DNA of 64,000 bases from Nostoc sp. DedSLP01 (lineage in GTDB: Bacteria; Cyanobacteriota; Cyanobacteriia; Cyanobacteriales; Nostocaceae): assembly GCA_034530875.2 (NCBI GenBank), contig JAVRCJ020000027.1, positions 1 through 64,000 of the forward strand. Direction: 5' to 3'. The position numbers and the translations under genes were made by a program. Below are positions 31,967 through 41,349 of this stretch, in pieces. The notes beneath the pieces are model-generated. The model saw only the letters and a program-made list of their open reading frames with translations. It did not search any database and was not told the origin of the DNA. Position 1 is the stretch's first letter. Every line of letters begins with the position of its first letter.

Positions 31967-33346
31967 ATGTGCAGCGGTTTTCCCGATAACCAAAAATACC
32001 TACGATTTCTAGAAGACAATAGCAATTTTGGATTAGATAAGCCAGATATGCTACTCAATGACCGCTACCATATCCTTAAAACTTTAGGACAAGGAGGCTT
32101 TAGTAAAACGTTTCTCGCCCTTGATAAAAAATTCCTACAACATAGCCAATCTTTTGATGATTTACCATCAAAGGTGTGTGTCATCAAACAATTTTTACCC
32201 CAGCATGAAATTGACTCTGATAACCAAAAAGCCTTTGAACTATTTCAGCAAGAATCTCTATTTTTAGCAGAACTCGGTAAGCATTCTCAAATTCCCCAAC
32301 TACTAGATACTTTTGAGCAAGAAGGTCAACAGTATTTAGTTGAAGAATGGGTGGATGGACAAAACTTAGAGCAGGAATTAGCTGAGGCTGGAGCATTTCA
32401 TGAAGCAGACATTAGGCAGTTACTTGGAGAATTGCTGCCTTTATTGCAGTTTATTCACGCTCATCAAGTAATTCACCGAGATATCAAACCAGCTAATATT
32501 ATTCGTCGCCGAAAAGACCGCCAATTATTTTTAGTAGATTTTGGAGTTGCTAAATATAACTGGCAGAATTTTAAAACTGGGACAATGATTGGTAGTGCTG
32601 AATATGCTGCACCAGAACAGCTTCGAGGTAAACCTGTATTTGCCAGCGACCTTTACAGCTTGGGTACTACTTGCCTACATTTGCTTACCCAAATGTCGCC
32701 ATTTGACCTCTATGATTGTAATGAAAATGTTTGGATATGGCGCTCATATTTAGTTGAGCAGATAAGTCCATCTCTAGAGAAAATTCTCTGCAAATTAGTG
32801 CAACCAGCAACTAAATTTCGCTATCATTTTGCAGCAGAAGCACTGATAGATTTGAATAATTTACCAACACAATTTGGTGGTTTATCAAAACCTTCTGCCA
32901 AGATAGACATAGATAGCGACTTTGAAACTCCTTACTTTGGGTTAAGGCGTGAACCAGATTTACTTGGTTCTGTAACATCGTTTGCAGATAGTTCTGTCAC
33001 ATCTTTGACTATTTTTGACCCGAAAACAAAAATTTGGCATTACTTTCCTGCAAAAACCGAAGGTGACGAACTGACGCGAAAAGTAGCAGCATTTTTAAGC
33101 CACCATATAGCTGCGGCGGCTGCTACGTCTGCTGTACAAGAGAAAAAATTGACTGCGGTTGATAAAAAAGCTAGGCACAAACTAAACAATATGTACCAGA
33201 TAATTGTCACTGCGATCGCCTTTACAATTGCTTGTCTAACTTTAGCAGTCGAATCAAACTCAATTCCTACCAATTTGAAAGCTAAAATCTCAAAGAATTT
33301 TCAGCAATTTATAAACATCGGACAAAAGCAAAAACCGCTGCATTGA
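31967..33346 (+). CDS. Hanks-type Ser/Thr protein kinase with C-terminal TM helix
   Basis: LGQGGF, VIK, HRDIKPAN, DFG, APE; hydrophobic segment near the C-terminus. Confidence 0.93.
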   Translation: MCSGFPDNQKYLRFLEDNSNFGLDKPDMLLNDRYHILKTLGQGGFSKTFLALDKKFLQHSQSFDDLPSKVCVIKQFLPQHEIDSDNQKAFELFQQESLFLAELGKHSQIPQLLDTFEQEGQQYLVEEWVDGQNLEQELAEAGAFHEADIRQLLGELLPLLQFIHAHQVIHRDIKPANIIRRRKDRQLFLVDFGVAKYNWQNFKTGTMIGSAEYAAPEQLRGKPVFASDLYSLGTTCLHLLTQMSPFDLYDCNENVWIWRSYLVEQISPSLEKILCKLVQPATKFRYHFAAEALIDLNNLPTQFGGLSKPSAKIDIDSDFETPYFGLRREPDLLGSVTSFADSSVTSLTIFDPKTKIWHYFPAKTEGDELTRKVAAFLSHHIAAAAATSAVQEKKLTAVDKKARHKLNNMYQIIVTAIAFTIACLTLAVESNSIPTNLKAKISKNFQQFINIGQKQKPLH

Positions 33347-33883
33347 GTCAACATAAAGATAAGAAATATTTGCCAAAAATCAGAGTCAAAAATAAGAAAG
33401 TAAAATCGAATAACGGATTTAAGGCAAGTGAAGTAGTAGCGTAAATGCTCTAGTGCAAAATTGGTAATTCGCCTTTTTTGCTATTTATAGCTGACTTCAA
33501 TAACAAAAATGATAGCAGCTTAGTGAGGTAGAAATTATTTTCAGGACATAACATTGTTGTGCCCCTAGCTTTGTACCTCAGATTTAAACCCCAAAACCTA
33601 GATTTTGCTGAAGTTTCTTAATTTTTAATTGATATTATTTATGCTAAAAATAATAATTTATACAAAAATCTAATGAAGTAAATAAAGACAGCTTCCTCTA
33701 CTCTTGTAACTGCTACTACAGTTCAGCCAAATCAAAGAATTTGGTGTTTAATTCCAATCTTCAAGAATTTCCTATAAAATTAGCTATATTTCTGAATATA
33801 GATTGTTTAGTTGACAAATAAACACAAATAAACAGATGTTTATTTTTATATAACCTTTATTTTTCCTCAAAATATATCTAAAC

Positions 33884-34267
33884 GTGCATATTTTCTCCAT
33901 AAAATCATGCACAATAACATTAGAGTTAAATAAAAAATGTTTTGTGGATAACAATCGAAGCGCAATCGAACCAAGCCTGTTTGGTGTTTTAATCCAACCC
34001 AATAGTATTTATCCTGGCATTCATTTAAATGAAATTCAGTTACCTGAAAAATGTAGTTTCTTAGGAATTTTAAGAGAAGACCGTATTATCCCTGCACAAG
34101 AGAATCCTGAAATTTATTCTGGAGACTACATCCTAGCAATAGCGATGCATCCGATGATGGTTCCAGCACTAAAAGTCACTCTTAAGAAAATCCATTCTGT
34201 TTATTATTCGCTGAATACTTGTTTGCTAGAGTCTCGACCTGTAACCAGCAAAGTTTCTCTATTTTAA
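33884..34267 (+). CDS. TrkA_C / RCK_C domain protein
   Basis: I.PNS...G..L.EI.LP.....GI.R....IP.....I..GD.I pattern. Confidence 0.75.
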   Translation: MHIFSIKSCTITLELNKKCFVDNNRSAIEPSLFGVLIQPNSIYPGIHLNEIQLPEKCSFLGILREDRIIPAQENPEIYSGDYILAIAMHPMMVPALKVTLKKIHSVYYSLNTCLLESRPVTSKVSLF

Positions 34268-34344
34268 TGAAAATAAGAAGATTGAATAAATTATGATAAC
34301 AATCAATTAAACAAAACTTATCTCATGGGAAATAGAGATTTAAT

Positions 34345-34737
34345 ATGCAATTTTTGGAGATACAGCAATTTTGTCTAGCCACGCTAATAAGTGATAATCA
34401 ATATAATTTGTTTGAAGCTAAAGCGGTGGAGATAACACATAATAATAGGAAACCTCAGGATGGAGAAATACCGACATTCTTAGTATTTTTAGCTCCTGTT
34501 TGCTTTATGATTGTTGGGGTTGCTTTCTGGGTTATTATTTCCAAGATTTTGAAGATTACACAAAATAAACATGGCACGTCAAACATCGATCGCCTAAATC
34601 AATACCCATGTAGAAACTGTAAATTTTTTGATGACAATAATTATATAAAGTGTGCAGTCAAGCCCTCGGTTGTTCTAACAAAACAAGCACGCGACTGCCC
34701 TGAATACCAGTCTGCTGATAGAAAAAACTTGGCTTGA
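34345..34737 (+). CDS. Hypothetical membrane protein with C-terminal four-Cys motif
   Basis: One TM, PCRNCKFF..KCAVKP..DCPEY. Confidence 0.7.
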   Translation: MQFLEIQQFCLATLISDNQYNLFEAKAVEITHNNRKPQDGEIPTFLVFLAPVCFMIVGVAFWVIISKILKITQNKHGTSNIDRLNQYPCRNCKFFDDNNYIKCAVKPSVVLTKQARDCPEYQSADRKNLA

Positions 34738-34791
34738 GTGGATACTAAACAATATTCAAGTAAAATCTAATTCTAGAACTAGCTTTAGATA

Positions 34792-35322
34792 ATGATTTAC
34801 CTTCTACGTCCTCTTCTTCTTGTAGCACTTGTCTTAACTCCCGCTTTGGTTATTCAAGGAAATGATTTTCTGCGTCACTATGCAATGAAACAGCTTCAAG
34901 AAAAAAGGCAATGTATTGGCTGTAAATTATCGGGAGTAAATTTGTCAGGGTTTAACTTACAAGGTGTTGATTTGCGTTCAACAGACCTCCAGGGTGGTAA
35001 TCTAAAAAATGCCAATCTCCGATATGCAAATTTGCAGTGGGTAGACTTGCGAGACGCAAATTTACAAGGAGCCGATTTGACTGGAGCAAACTTGAGTTTT
35101 ACCTTGCTAGTTAATGCCAATTTACAAGGAGCAAATCTAGAAGTATCTAACCTAAAAATGACTGCTTTGAGAAATAGTAATCTTAGCCATGCAAATCTTC
35201 TCAAAGCATCCATAAGCCAGAATATTCAGAATAGCCATTCTGTAAATCTGTGCGAAACAATACTACCGAATGGCTCGATATCAGGGCGTTGCAACAATAT
35301 ATCTGACGGCAAAAGCTTATAG
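34792..35322 (+). CDS. Pentapeptide repeat protein
   Basis: Signal peptide, CIGC.L, repeated A(N/D)L.. pentapeptides. Confidence 0.93.
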   Translation: MIYLLRPLLLVALVLTPALVIQGNDFLRHYAMKQLQEKRQCIGCKLSGVNLSGFNLQGVDLRSTDLQGGNLKNANLRYANLQWVDLRDANLQGADLTGANLSFTLLVNANLQGANLEVSNLKMTALRNSNLSHANLLKASISQNIQNSHSVNLCETILPNGSISGRCNNISDGKSL

Positions 35323-36024
35323 TCGATTTTTGGTTGGGATCACAATCATGGCGAAATACGGGACTTCTGCCGGGTCAACTTCATCCAAGGGTATGATGCG
35401 TTGCTGTGTCATTGTTGCGCGTTCAATATATCTGGCACGCGATGCAAGCCCTAATTTATGTAGAATGTCGCGCACTTTGGTAAAGTGACGGCCTAGTTTC
35501 ATAATTGCCGCTGCATCGGTCATTAACAGTTGTGTTGTTAGTTCTTCTGCTGGTAATGGCGCAGGTAAGACGGTGAGAATATCGTTGTAGTAAGTGAAAG
35601 GTACGCCCAAGGCTACCGGACAAGCCATGAGTGAGGAAACTCCAGGGACAACTTCTATTTGGTACTCTTCACATAATCGCGTGAACACGTACATGAAGGA
35701 GCCATAGAAAAAGGGATCGCCTTCACACAACACTGCGACATCTCGACCGGCTGCTAAATGAGTCGCGATTGGTTCAACTTCTTTGTCATAAATTGATTTG
35801 GCTTTTTCTGGTTCTAAAGCGCGGGGGAGGTGAAATAATACCTCGATTTGATCCCCGGTTAGATACTGCGCCACGATCGCTCTAGCAATACTCTCACGAT
35901 CTGTAGCCGATTGATATGCTATCACAGGAGCCGCCCGTAATAGCCGCAGCCCTTTAAGGGTCAATAATTCAGGATCGCCAGGGCCGACACCAATTCCATA
36001 AAGACGACCTTTGGTATTCATCAT
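35317..36024 (-). CDS. cobI: Precorrin-2 C20-methyltransferase
   Basis: GVGPGDPELLT, EGDPFFYGS, VVPGVSS, MKLGRH. Confidence 0.93.
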   Translation of the reverse strand: MMNTKGRLYGIGVGPGDPELLTLKGLRLLRAAPVIAYQSATDRESIARAIVAQYLTGDQIEVLFHLPRALEPEKAKSIYDKEVEPIATHLAAGRDVAVLCEGDPFFYGSFMYVFTRLCEEYQIEVVPGVSSLMACPVALGVPFTYYNDILTVLPAPLPAEELTTQLLMTDAAAIMKLGRHFTKVRDILHKLGLASRARYIERATMTQQRIIPLDEVDPAEVPYFAMIVIPTKNRL

Positions 36025-36647
36025 TCTTCCTCCGTTGCCAAGGCGTTAACTGCGGCGGCGGCGATCGCACTACCACCGCGCCGACCATGTAATGTTAAAA
36101 ATGGTACATTTCTGCTGTCTGCTGCCAATGCGGCTTTTGATTCGGCGGCACCGACAAAACCGACTGGAAAGCCTAATATTATAGCCGGCTTTGGCGCTCC
36201 TGCATCAAGCATTTCTAATAATCTAAAGAGGGCGGTGGGGGCATTGCCAATTGCTACTACTGAGTTTTCCAGGTGCGATCGCCATAATTCTAAAGCTGCT
36301 GCTGACCTTGTTGTATCAAGGCTTTTGGCTATTTCTGTGACTTGGGGATCGTTGAGGGTACAGATAACTTCGTTGTTTGCACTTAAGCGGCGTCTGGTGA
36401 CGCCTTCGGCGACCATGCGGCAATCGCAGAGAATTGGCGCTCCGGCTGCTAGTGCTTTTCTTGCGGATTGTACTGCTGTTGGTGAATATTCTAAGTCGGT
36501 GACGATATCCGTCATTCCACAGGCGTGGATGAGGCGTACTGCTACTTTTGCTACATCTGGAGGGAGGATGTCTAGGTTGGCTTCTGAACGGATGATGGCG
36601 AAGGAGTTACGGTAGATTTCGTTGGCGTCTCGGATGTAGTCGGGCAT
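36021..36647 (-). CDS. cobH: Precorrin-8X methylmutase
   Basis: IYRNSFAII, TTRSAAA, IGNAPTAL, PVGFVGAAESK, GRRGGS. Confidence 0.96.
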   Translation of the reverse strand: MPDYIRDANEIYRNSFAIIRSEANLDILPPDVAKVAVRLIHACGMTDIVTDLEYSPTAVQSARKALAAGAPILCDCRMVAEGVTRRRLSANNEVICTLNDPQVTEIAKSLDTTRSAAALELWRSHLENSVVAIGNAPTALFRLLEMLDAGAPKPAIILGFPVGFVGAAESKAALAADSRNVPFLTLHGRRGGSAIAAAAVNALATEEE

Positions 36648-36785
36648 TCAATTTTGGATTTTAAATTTTGGATTGGCTGGGAGTGATGAATATTTTTTTC
36701 ACGCAGAGGCGCAGAGGAGGACACTTCTGTGGGCGGGTTTCCCGACTTGAGGAAAGTGTCCGTCGCGCGGAGAGGGGGAGAGATT

Positions 36786-38165
36786 TTAGATGGGGTTTTG
36801 GGGTTGGATTTTATGGGTTTGTATGATTTGTTCTATTAATGGGGGTAGTTCGGGGAAGGTGACGTATTGGTATAGTTCGCGGCCGAATTTGTGGGGGCTG
36901 TTGGTGTCGGCAAGATATATGTGGTAGGCTTCGACTGTTTGATTGTCTGCTTCTAAGTTGACGCCGAGTAGGGTGATGTCACTTTGGCTGTGTTGGGCGC
37001 AGGATTTTTGGCAACCAGTGAAGTGGATGTTAATTGGGTGTTGGAGGGTGAGGCGGGTTTCGAGATATTCTGCTAATGCTAATGCATGAGTTTTGGTGTC
37101 GGTGGCAGAAGCGGCACAACCTTTGTTACCGGAACAGGCAATTAAGCCACTCTTGATGTTGGTTGCTGAGGTATTCAATCCTAAAAGTGTTATTTCATTT
37201 TGGATGTCGGCAAGGTTTTGCTGAGGAATATCTGTTAAAAGTAAATTCTGCCAGGGAGTTAGTCTAATTCCACTGCCGTATTTTGCTGCTAAATCGGCTA
37301 AACCCCGCATCTGTCTACTTTCTAGGCGTCCCAGAGGTAGGGCGACACCAATGTAAAATAATCCTTCCTGCCGTTGGGGATGGATGCCTATATGTTGATA
37401 TTTACTATCTATTTTCTGGGCAACTGGGGATTTTTCACTGGGGGAAAGAGGAAAAGGTAGAAGTTGCTGAACTTCCTGAAGATAATTTTCACAACCTAAA
37501 GTATTTAATAAGTCTCTCAAACGTAGGCGACGCTGATGATTAATATCAGTATGATTCAGGTAAACATCTGTTAAAGCTGCTAAGACGGGTAAACATTCGT
37601 TTGGCGATAACAAAATTTTCATATCGCTGGGCGGTTGCCCTTTCGCGCCTACACTGAGATGGAGGCGGAAGTAAACTTCGTTATCAACTAAGACAGCAGC
37701 AAATAGGATATCATTTAGGCGATCGCGCACTTGAACTATGCCACCACCATCAAAGCAAACGCTAAATTTGGCTGATAGTGCCGATAATGCTGGATGTGTT
37801 GCAATATAATCATCCCAAGCTTGGACAAAAGGACGAGTATCGATTAATTCTTCGGGGTCGATACCAGCTGTGGGGCTGGTCATAATATTACGAATGCGGT
37901 CTACATCGCTATTGCGAGAACCGAGTCCGATATCCTGTAAATGGTTGAGAACTTGAGAATTTATCGAAGTACGGATTTCGCGGATTTGCAGGTTAGCTCG
38001 ATTAGTCACATCGACATAGCCGCCGCCGTAGTCATCTGCTATATCTGCGATCGCACGGCATTGTTGACTACTAATTATCCCACCTGGGATTCTCACGCGA
38101 GATAGTATACCATCTTCGGCGGGTGTAGCATAAAACAAGCCAGGACAAGTGGCACCTGAAAGCAA
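36786..38165 (-). CDS. cobG: Precorrin-3B synthase
   Basis: CPGLF..A.DG.L.R.R.PGG, T.RANLQ.R, ACSG..GC, H.TGC.KSCA; TTG at 38165 has a GAAGGAG SD. Confidence 0.9.
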   Translation of the reverse strand: MLSGATCPGLFYATPAEDGILSRVRIPGGIISSQQCRAIADIADDYGGGYVDVTNRANLQIREIRTSINSQVLNHLQDIGLGSRNSDVDRIRNIMTSPTAGIDPEELIDTRPFVQAWDDYIATHPALSALSAKFSVCFDGGGIVQVRDRLNDILFAAVLVDNEVYFRLHLSVGAKGQPPSDMKILLSPNECLPVLAALTDVYLNHTDINHQRRLRLRDLLNTLGCENYLQEVQQLLPFPLSPSEKSPVAQKIDSKYQHIGIHPQRQEGLFYIGVALPLGRLESRQMRGLADLAAKYGSGIRLTPWQNLLLTDIPQQNLADIQNEITLLGLNTSATNIKSGLIACSGNKGCAASATDTKTHALALAEYLETRLTLQHPINIHFTGCQKSCAQHSQSDITLLGVNLEADNQTVEAYHIYLADTNSPHKFGRELYQYVTFPELPPLIEQIIQTHKIQPQNPI

Positions 38166-38173
38166 ACTGAGAA

Positions 38174-38310
38174 CTCCTTCCCCGTGCAACGCAGGGAGTA
38201 GATGGTATATGTGTCCTAAAGACATCCTGAGAGTTGGCATTCTGACTTAGACGATTCATCACAGTTGCGGCACAGTCCCGGAATTTCACCGGAGTTTCCC
38301 AACCCCAAGC
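38174..38310 (-). ncRNA. Cobalamin riboswitch (compact) with expression platform
   Basis: Minus strand GGGAAACTCCGGTGAAATTCCGGGACTGTGCCGCAACTGTGA...AAGTCAGAATGCC (B12 box) directly upstream of cobG. Confidence 0.9.
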
Positions 38311-38452
38311 TTTAGTAATTTAGCACAACAAGGCCGTGATTAAGTTGGATGCTTCATATTTTGAATTAACATATTGATGGCAAACACAACACAAGTAAAT
38401 TGCTAGATTAAATTAGTGCAATCTACTCAATTCAGGCTACCGCCACAACGTC

Positions 38453-40660
38453 GTGATTAATGGGCTTTTAGAAAAACTCCGCGTTCCCTTTGTCCAAGAT
38501 CGGGATTTGGGTAAAACCTCCTTAAGTAATAGTTGGCTACAAATTATTTTGGCTACCAGTGTGGGAGTCACCGGTTTAATCTGGGGAGTTCGGGAACTCA
38601 AATGGTTGCAGCCTTGGGAGTTAAGAGTTTACGATCAAATGTTGCGATCGCGTCCTGTAGAAGCACGCGATAAGCGAATTTTGCTGGTAACAATCTCTGA
38701 TGGTGATCTCCAACGAGAGAAACAAAATCTATCAGATACTAAAATTAATCAACTGTTACAAAAAATAGAGTTATATAAACCGCGTATTGTTGGTTTATAT
38801 CTTTTTCGCTCGGAAGATAAAAATTTAGCAACAATTCAACAAAATCAAGAGAATATTATTAGCACTTGCTTGTATAGTAGCGTCGGTAGATCGGAAATTC
38901 CACCACCGCCTAATTTTCCCATAGATAATGTTGGCTTTAGCGATGTAGTTGCCGATCATGAAAATGACCAAATTCTCCGCCGCAGTTTGCTATTTGCTCA
39001 ATCTACAGACGAACAATGTACGACATCATTTGGATTTGGGGCGCTAATCGCAATTAATTATTTGGAAAAACAAGGTATTGAATACCAGTTTACAAAAAAA
39101 GGAGATTTCGAGTTAGGTAAAACTATTTTCCCTCGTCTAAAAACTAATTCTGGCGGTTACCAACATTTTGACGCAAATGGCTATCAAATACTATTAAATT
39201 ATCGTCACCCCGATTATCTTGCCGATAGCGTGACGTTAACAGATGTTCTTAGCGATCGCGTTAATTCTAGTTTATTTAAAGACCGTCTGGTAATTATTGG
39301 CACTACCTCAGCTAGTCTCGGTTTAGGTAGCTTTTATACCCCTTACAGCAGTTTACCAGATCAACCGCCGAGAATGCCTGCTCTATTTATTCACGCACAA
39401 ATAGCGAGTCAACTAATCGGTACAGTGTTGGATGGGCGGCCTTTAATTTGGTACTGGCCTGACTGGGTAGAATTAATTTGGGTATGGGTCTGGGCAGTTT
39501 TAGGTAGTACTTTAGCATGGCGGTGGCGAAATCCGTTGCTGTTGTTAATTGTGGCAGGAGTAACCCTAGTTGTACTAGTGGGAATCTGCGTTATTTTGTT
39601 TCTTCAAGCCGGGTGGATACCGTTAATTCCTTCTGCTTTGGCGTTAACGATTAGTAGTATTGGTGTAATGGCTTATACTAATTACCAAAATCAGCGGCAA
39701 ACTCAGGTAATTATTCTACAAGTTGAAAAACAACAAGAAGCGATCGCACAATTAAATTTACTCTTAGAAGATAAGACAGCAATTCCAGATTCACAGCTTG
39801 ATTTTCCTGACACAATTGATTCACCACACAAAAAATCTGGAGATTTGCTTTTAGGGGGACGTTACCGCATCTCAAGAGTCCTGGGTGCAGGTGGATTTGG
39901 TCGTACTTATTTAGCGCAAGATACTCAACGCCCAGGTAATCCGACTTGTGTCGTTAAACAATTAATGCCAGCCCGCCAAGATAGCAGATTTTTGCAAATT
40001 GCCCGGAGATTATTTAACAGCGAAGCCGAAATTTTAGAAACTTTGGGCAAACATCATCAAATACCCGAATTACTTGCTTATTTTGAAGATAATCAAGAAT
40101 TTTATTTAATTCAAGAATATATCGATGGGCATACTTTAAGTGAAGAATTGCCACCTATACAGGGCTTACATAACGAATCATTTGTGATTGTAATGCTCAA
40201 AGAAGTGTTAGAAATTTTGGTATTTGTTCATCAACATCGAGTGATTCATCGCGATTTAAAACCGACTAATATTATTAGACGTACTGAAGATAATCAATTG
40301 GTATTGATTGACTTTGGCGCTGTGAAATTAATGCAGCCACCGAATAGCGAACAAACAGAATTAGCAACAGTAGCCATTGGAACGCGGGGTTATGCGCCTC
40401 CAGAACAATTTGCCGGTCATCCTCGCTTGTGCAGCGATATTTACGCTTTAGGGATGATTGGCATTCAAGCGATAACTGGAATACTACCACACGAACTCCA
40501 TCCAAATCCAGAAACGGGTAATGTGATGTGGCGACAAACAGCGCAAGTCAGCGAAGAATTGGCAGTGATTTTAGATAAAATGGTTTGCTATCATTTTAGC
40601 GATCGCTATCAATCGGCTGCCGCCGTTTTACAAGATTTAAAACGTATTTCAATTAATTAA
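38453..40660 (+). CDS. CHASE2-domain Ser/Thr protein kinase
   Basis: EL..YD..LR, F.DR.V.IG, HAQ..SQL CHASE2, 3 TM, kinase LGAGGFG/HRDLKP/DFG. Confidence 0.93.
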   Translation: MINGLLEKLRVPFVQDRDLGKTSLSNSWLQIILATSVGVTGLIWGVRELKWLQPWELRVYDQMLRSRPVEARDKRILLVTISDGDLQREKQNLSDTKINQLLQKIELYKPRIVGLYLFRSEDKNLATIQQNQENIISTCLYSSVGRSEIPPPPNFPIDNVGFSDVVADHENDQILRRSLLFAQSTDEQCTTSFGFGALIAINYLEKQGIEYQFTKKGDFELGKTIFPRLKTNSGGYQHFDANGYQILLNYRHPDYLADSVTLTDVLSDRVNSSLFKDRLVIIGTTSASLGLGSFYTPYSSLPDQPPRMPALFIHAQIASQLIGTVLDGRPLIWYWPDWVELIWVWVWAVLGSTLAWRWRNPLLLLIVAGVTLVVLVGICVILFLQAGWIPLIPSALALTISSIGVMAYTNYQNQRQTQVIILQVEKQQEAIAQLNLLLEDKTAIPDSQLDFPDTIDSPHKKSGDLLLGGRYRISRVLGAGGFGRTYLAQDTQRPGNPTCVVKQLMPARQDSRFLQIARRLFNSEAEILETLGKHHQIPELLAYFEDNQEFYLIQEYIDGHTLSEELPPIQGLHNESFVIVMLKEVLEILVFVHQHRVIHRDLKPTNIIRRTEDNQLVLIDFGAVKLMQPPNSEQTELATVAIGTRGYAPPEQFAGHPRLCSDIYALGMIGIQAITGILPHELHPNPETGNVMWRQTAQVSEELAVILDKMVCYHFSDRYQSAAAVLQDLKRISIN

Positions 40661-40676
40661 AGTGAGATTTATCGTT

Positions 40677-41279
40677 ATGAATCCTAATGCTACTACAGCT
40701 GCCCAATACGATAGAATTGCCCAATGGTGGCAGATTCAGCATCAAGATTCGCTATACGGTATCGCGCAATTAGAGCGGGCTATAAAATTTACTTCTAAGC
40801 GGCACTCAGCTATTGACATAGGGTGTGGAAGCAGCGGACGTTTCATTAATGTCTTTTCCAAGTATGGTTTTCAGGCTGAAGGACTTGATATTTCCAGCCA
40901 AATGATCGATTTAGCCAAATCTCTGCATCCAGAAATTACATTTTACAACGAAGACATCTGCTGTTGGATTCCTCCAAAACTTTACAGCTTAATTTGTGCT
41001 TGGGACAGCACTTTTCATTTGCCACTAAATATGCAAGAGCCTGTTATGAAAAAATTATGCGATGCTCTTGAACCCGATGGAGTACTTCTGTTCACCTGCG
41101 GCGGCGGATATACAAAGGGTGAGATTTCAGGGTCATTTCAAGGTCTAAACTTTGACTACAGTACTTTGGGAGTAGATGCTTTCCTACAACTTCTGAGCGA
41201 GCATAACTGCACGTGTCGCCATCTGGAATATGACCAATATCCTGAAAATCATGTTTATATAATTGCTCAAAAAACTTAA
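40677..41279 (+). CDS. Class I SAM-dependent methyltransferase
   Basis: IDIGCGSG motif I, GLDIS..MI, AWDS.FHLP. Confidence 0.9.
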   Translation: MNPNATTAAQYDRIAQWWQIQHQDSLYGIAQLERAIKFTSKRHSAIDIGCGSSGRFINVFSKYGFQAEGLDISSQMIDLAKSLHPEITFYNEDICCWIPPKLYSLICAWDSTFHLPLNMQEPVMKKLCDALEPDGVLLFTCGGGYTKGEISGSFQGLNFDYSTLGVDAFLQLLSEHNCTCRHLEYDQYPENHVYIIAQKT

Positions 41280-41349
41280 CCGATCATTGCAATAGAAACA
41301 CGCTACATTTCATTATTAATCTACTAATAGGCATTGAGGAAGCAGAGCA

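Noticed and set aside
38166..38240. N-terminal extension of cobG from ATG 38240
   Set aside because: Lies inside the riboswitch; TTG at 38165 has a strong SD.
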